DNA of 64,000 nt, taken from contig NMRA01000006.1 in NCBI GenBank assembly GCA_002633005.1, positions 1,649,742 to 1,713,741 of the forward strand. The letters are read 5' to 3'. A program made the translations under genes and the position numbers. Below the pieces are notes generated by a model. That model saw nothing but the letters and a program-made list of their open reading frames with translations, was not told the origin of the DNA and ran no database searches. Positions 61,479 to 64,000 of the stretch are shown here, piece after piece (position 1 is the first letter of the stretch; each line of letters opens with the position of its first letter). This stretch comes from Phoronis australis. Lineage: Eukaryota; Animalia; Phoronida.

Positions 61479-61962
61479 GTACGTAGCTTACTCTGGGTCG
61501 TGGGTACCCTATGCTTTAATCTTTGTTCAAATCCCCCATGCTCCCAAACTGCATGCTTAATGCTTCGTTTGAGGCAGTCAATTACAGTCTGGAAGAATTT
61601 GATCGTGTGTACCCGCCAGAACATATCAATCCCTAATTGAAAATTAATCTGCTCACGAAATGTGTTTAACGTATTAATTAGTTAGTTTCCCACGTAACAA
61701 TAACTTAACGCAGATGTTAGGTATTGTCGCCTGGTTTGTTTTAAATCTTATTGCAGTTTTGCAGTGTTACTGCGTTTTGCTGTTGTTTTTTTTCTAATTA
61801 TAACACAGACGAGTAAAGTGTATAGGTTCTGAAATGTTGTGAAGTGGTAGTAAGTGAGGATGGTCTTTCAAAGTCTATTTAACAGCAATATGTTTGCGTA
61901 ACATGCATGCCGCTTTGTTCCTTCATCTGGGGTGGAAGTAACTCGGTCAAATCTGTCTCTAG

Positions 61963-62154
61963 ATTCCAAGTTTCCCAAGTTTAGAAAACCTAAAACTAAA
62001 AGTTTCGACACGCGATGGTGACATCAAGGTAGAAGAGCGTTCTCGTGTCGTCGACGAAAAAGTCTCGCGAAAAACCGAGGCACATATTGATGAAGAAACG
62101 GGGAAGCCCGTGTTCCGAACGGTCGAATATGTCGTGAAAACAATCGAACACGAG
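61963..62154 (+). CDS. scrib: Scribble C-terminal exon (IPSFPSLENL..VVDEKVSRKTEAHIDEETGKPVFRTVEYVVKTIEHE)
   Basis: ctctag|..|gtaac, 192 bp, phase 0-0; TGKP..RTVEY..K.IE.EVET motif as I recall from invertebrate Scribble. Confidence 0.88.
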
Positions 62155-63884
62155 GTAACGACTGTCGAGACCCCCTGCTTGGCTTCACGGGCTTTGTTTG
62201 CTATAACTGAAGGCGTGTGTATGTCTGCATGTTTTCTGTCTGGGAGGAGTACTTTCTCACTGGGCCAATATTGCTTATGAGGTGTTAAGTTCTGAACACT
62301 AACGTGTTAACTCCTACTAACGCTAGAGTGGTTACTCTCACTCGACTGCTGACTTCTACTTGTGGGTGCTTTTGTAAATGGACTCTGTCACTCTTTCAAA
62401 GCAATGTTAGACATTTTATGTTATGTTCTTGCTCTTGATTGTGAAAGACAAAGCTGAAATTGATTTGATGTATGTACAGGAAATTAGCAATATTTATTTC
62501 GCAATTAATATTATGTAATACCTGGAAGACATTAGAAAGGGTCAAGTGGCTGTCCAAGGATTTTTTGGTATTTTTGGGAATTTAAGTAATTGCACCAGTA
62601 CTTTTTAAATGAGAGTAGAATAATTAATACCATTATAAAGGGTAGACCTTTTTACACAAAACATGATTAGTCTCTTTGTTCTTTGACTAACAATAACGAC
62701 GTATGTTTTGATAATGTTGACTTCAACCCGGCATGCGCATCCATGTGCTACATTGATGTTTAGATGGCGCTGTTGTCAAATATAGCTTCGTTCGCATATG
62801 GGAAAATTTTGTAATACTGAAGTTTCCGAAATTTGGCCCAAAGATGGTATTATATTATTATGATTATTGTATCTGCAGTGGGCCTGAAATCCATTCACAA
62901 GCTGGTAGTTATCAATAAGCCATCACTTTTCTGTTACAACCGTGCAATGTAGTTGGGAATACGCGTGATGAAGAAATGGCCAATCAGAGGATCATAATTT
63001 ATGATGTCTCACTTTACAAAGCTTATGCCTGCCCTAAGATTTCGCCTGGGAAGAGCTGTCTTTTGTTGGCATAAATCATGTCCTATCCAAAGCACAATAG
63101 TACCACTAATATGTGATTTTCAGAGACCGAACTGGTGTTACTTTGTAGGTTAAGACTTTACATTACAGTGCTTAGATTGCTGTCATCTTGAACAGGTCGT
63201 TATCATACCACATTTGATAATACATTAAAATGCGCCAAAACAGTTGTCCTTTCCTTGTAATGTCTTCCTGATAGTACTTAATATGTCTCGTTGCCTTCTG
63301 TACTGTAAGTGAACTGTTACGATTAAAAGTGGGTCCCATTTGTTTTCAAGAATATCGTTTTGTTTGTCACAGATATTTTGGATATTGTGCAGTAGTGTTG
63401 CACTTTACTTCACGTCAGTTCATGATGGCATGTTTCCACGACAACCACAAGCATCATGTAGTTTTGGTTTTACTGAGAGACCCCTTTTCATTTGTGTACT
63501 TTCCTTTACTTTCCTTTGTTTCTATGTGCACTGTTATAGCTTTTCGAGTGGTTTTCTTTACGTGTCCGGTGACATCATCCCATTTTCTTTCACCTCGTTC
63601 CTAGCAAGTTATTGCATTTGTTTCATTTCATTAACATTAGGTCTTGAATGTCTTGCCTTTTTTATGGCTACTGTCCAGTGCAATTTCATGCACGTTCACT
63701 GTTGTACTCTTTGCCGATTCTGACAAAATGTGGAAATATTGAGGTATCACTGTTGCTTGAGTTGATTATGTATAAATATTTACCGTTTACAAATCGGAAT
63801 GTATTTAACTTAGTTAACTTATTGTGCCCTGGTAGTATTGCGGACTTTATTGTCATAGGCTGTTATTGCTGTGTTATTTTTCAG

Positions 63885-63960
63885 GTAGAGACCACAAAAC
63901 AACAGATCGTCCAGTTAGAAGTAGACCAAAGCAGCCTCGATGCAATGGTAGCGGCGAATG
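63885..63960 (+). CDS. scrib: Scribble C-terminal exon (VETTKQQIVQLEVDQSSLDAMVAAN); gene continues past the window
   Basis: tttcag|..|gtagg, 76 bp, phase 0-1. Confidence 0.85.
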
Positions 63961-64000
63961 GTAGGTCGGTATTACTTTTATGGTTATTAGCATGCCGTAG

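Noticed and set aside
63340-63723. 127-aa hydrophobic ORF as an alternative terminal exon
   Set aside because: T-rich intron composition explains the F/C/L content; no clean TM pattern, and the conserved motif continues in exon 63885

Overview
AT-rich eukaryotic (invertebrate animal) genomic DNA. Almost the whole window is one + strand, intron-rich gene, a Scribble (LAP4 family) orthologue. I chained 42 GT-AG exons by hand from 7117 to 63960 (about 6.56 kb, about 2186 codons) with consistent splice phases and no stop codon seen. The first exon(s) lie upstream of the window and the last exon(s) downstream. Domain order: LRRs, LAPSD, acidic/TPH linker, PDZ1-4, an ~200-aa E/R/K single-alpha-helix-like tract, a Ser/Pro-rich region with 13 SxIP/SxLP motifs, then conserved Scribble C-terminal motifs. 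Introns hold an internally deleted Kolobok-like DNA transposon, several MITE/hairpin families, minisatellites and two haplotype-type assembly duplications next to N gaps. The most interesting signals are the charged helix plus SxIP array and two candidate PDZ-less short isoforms (one ending in a PDZ-binding motif, one in a tail anchor). Homology statements rest on my recall of the families, not on database searches. There are no prokaryotic features, RNA genes or CRISPR arrays that I can support.
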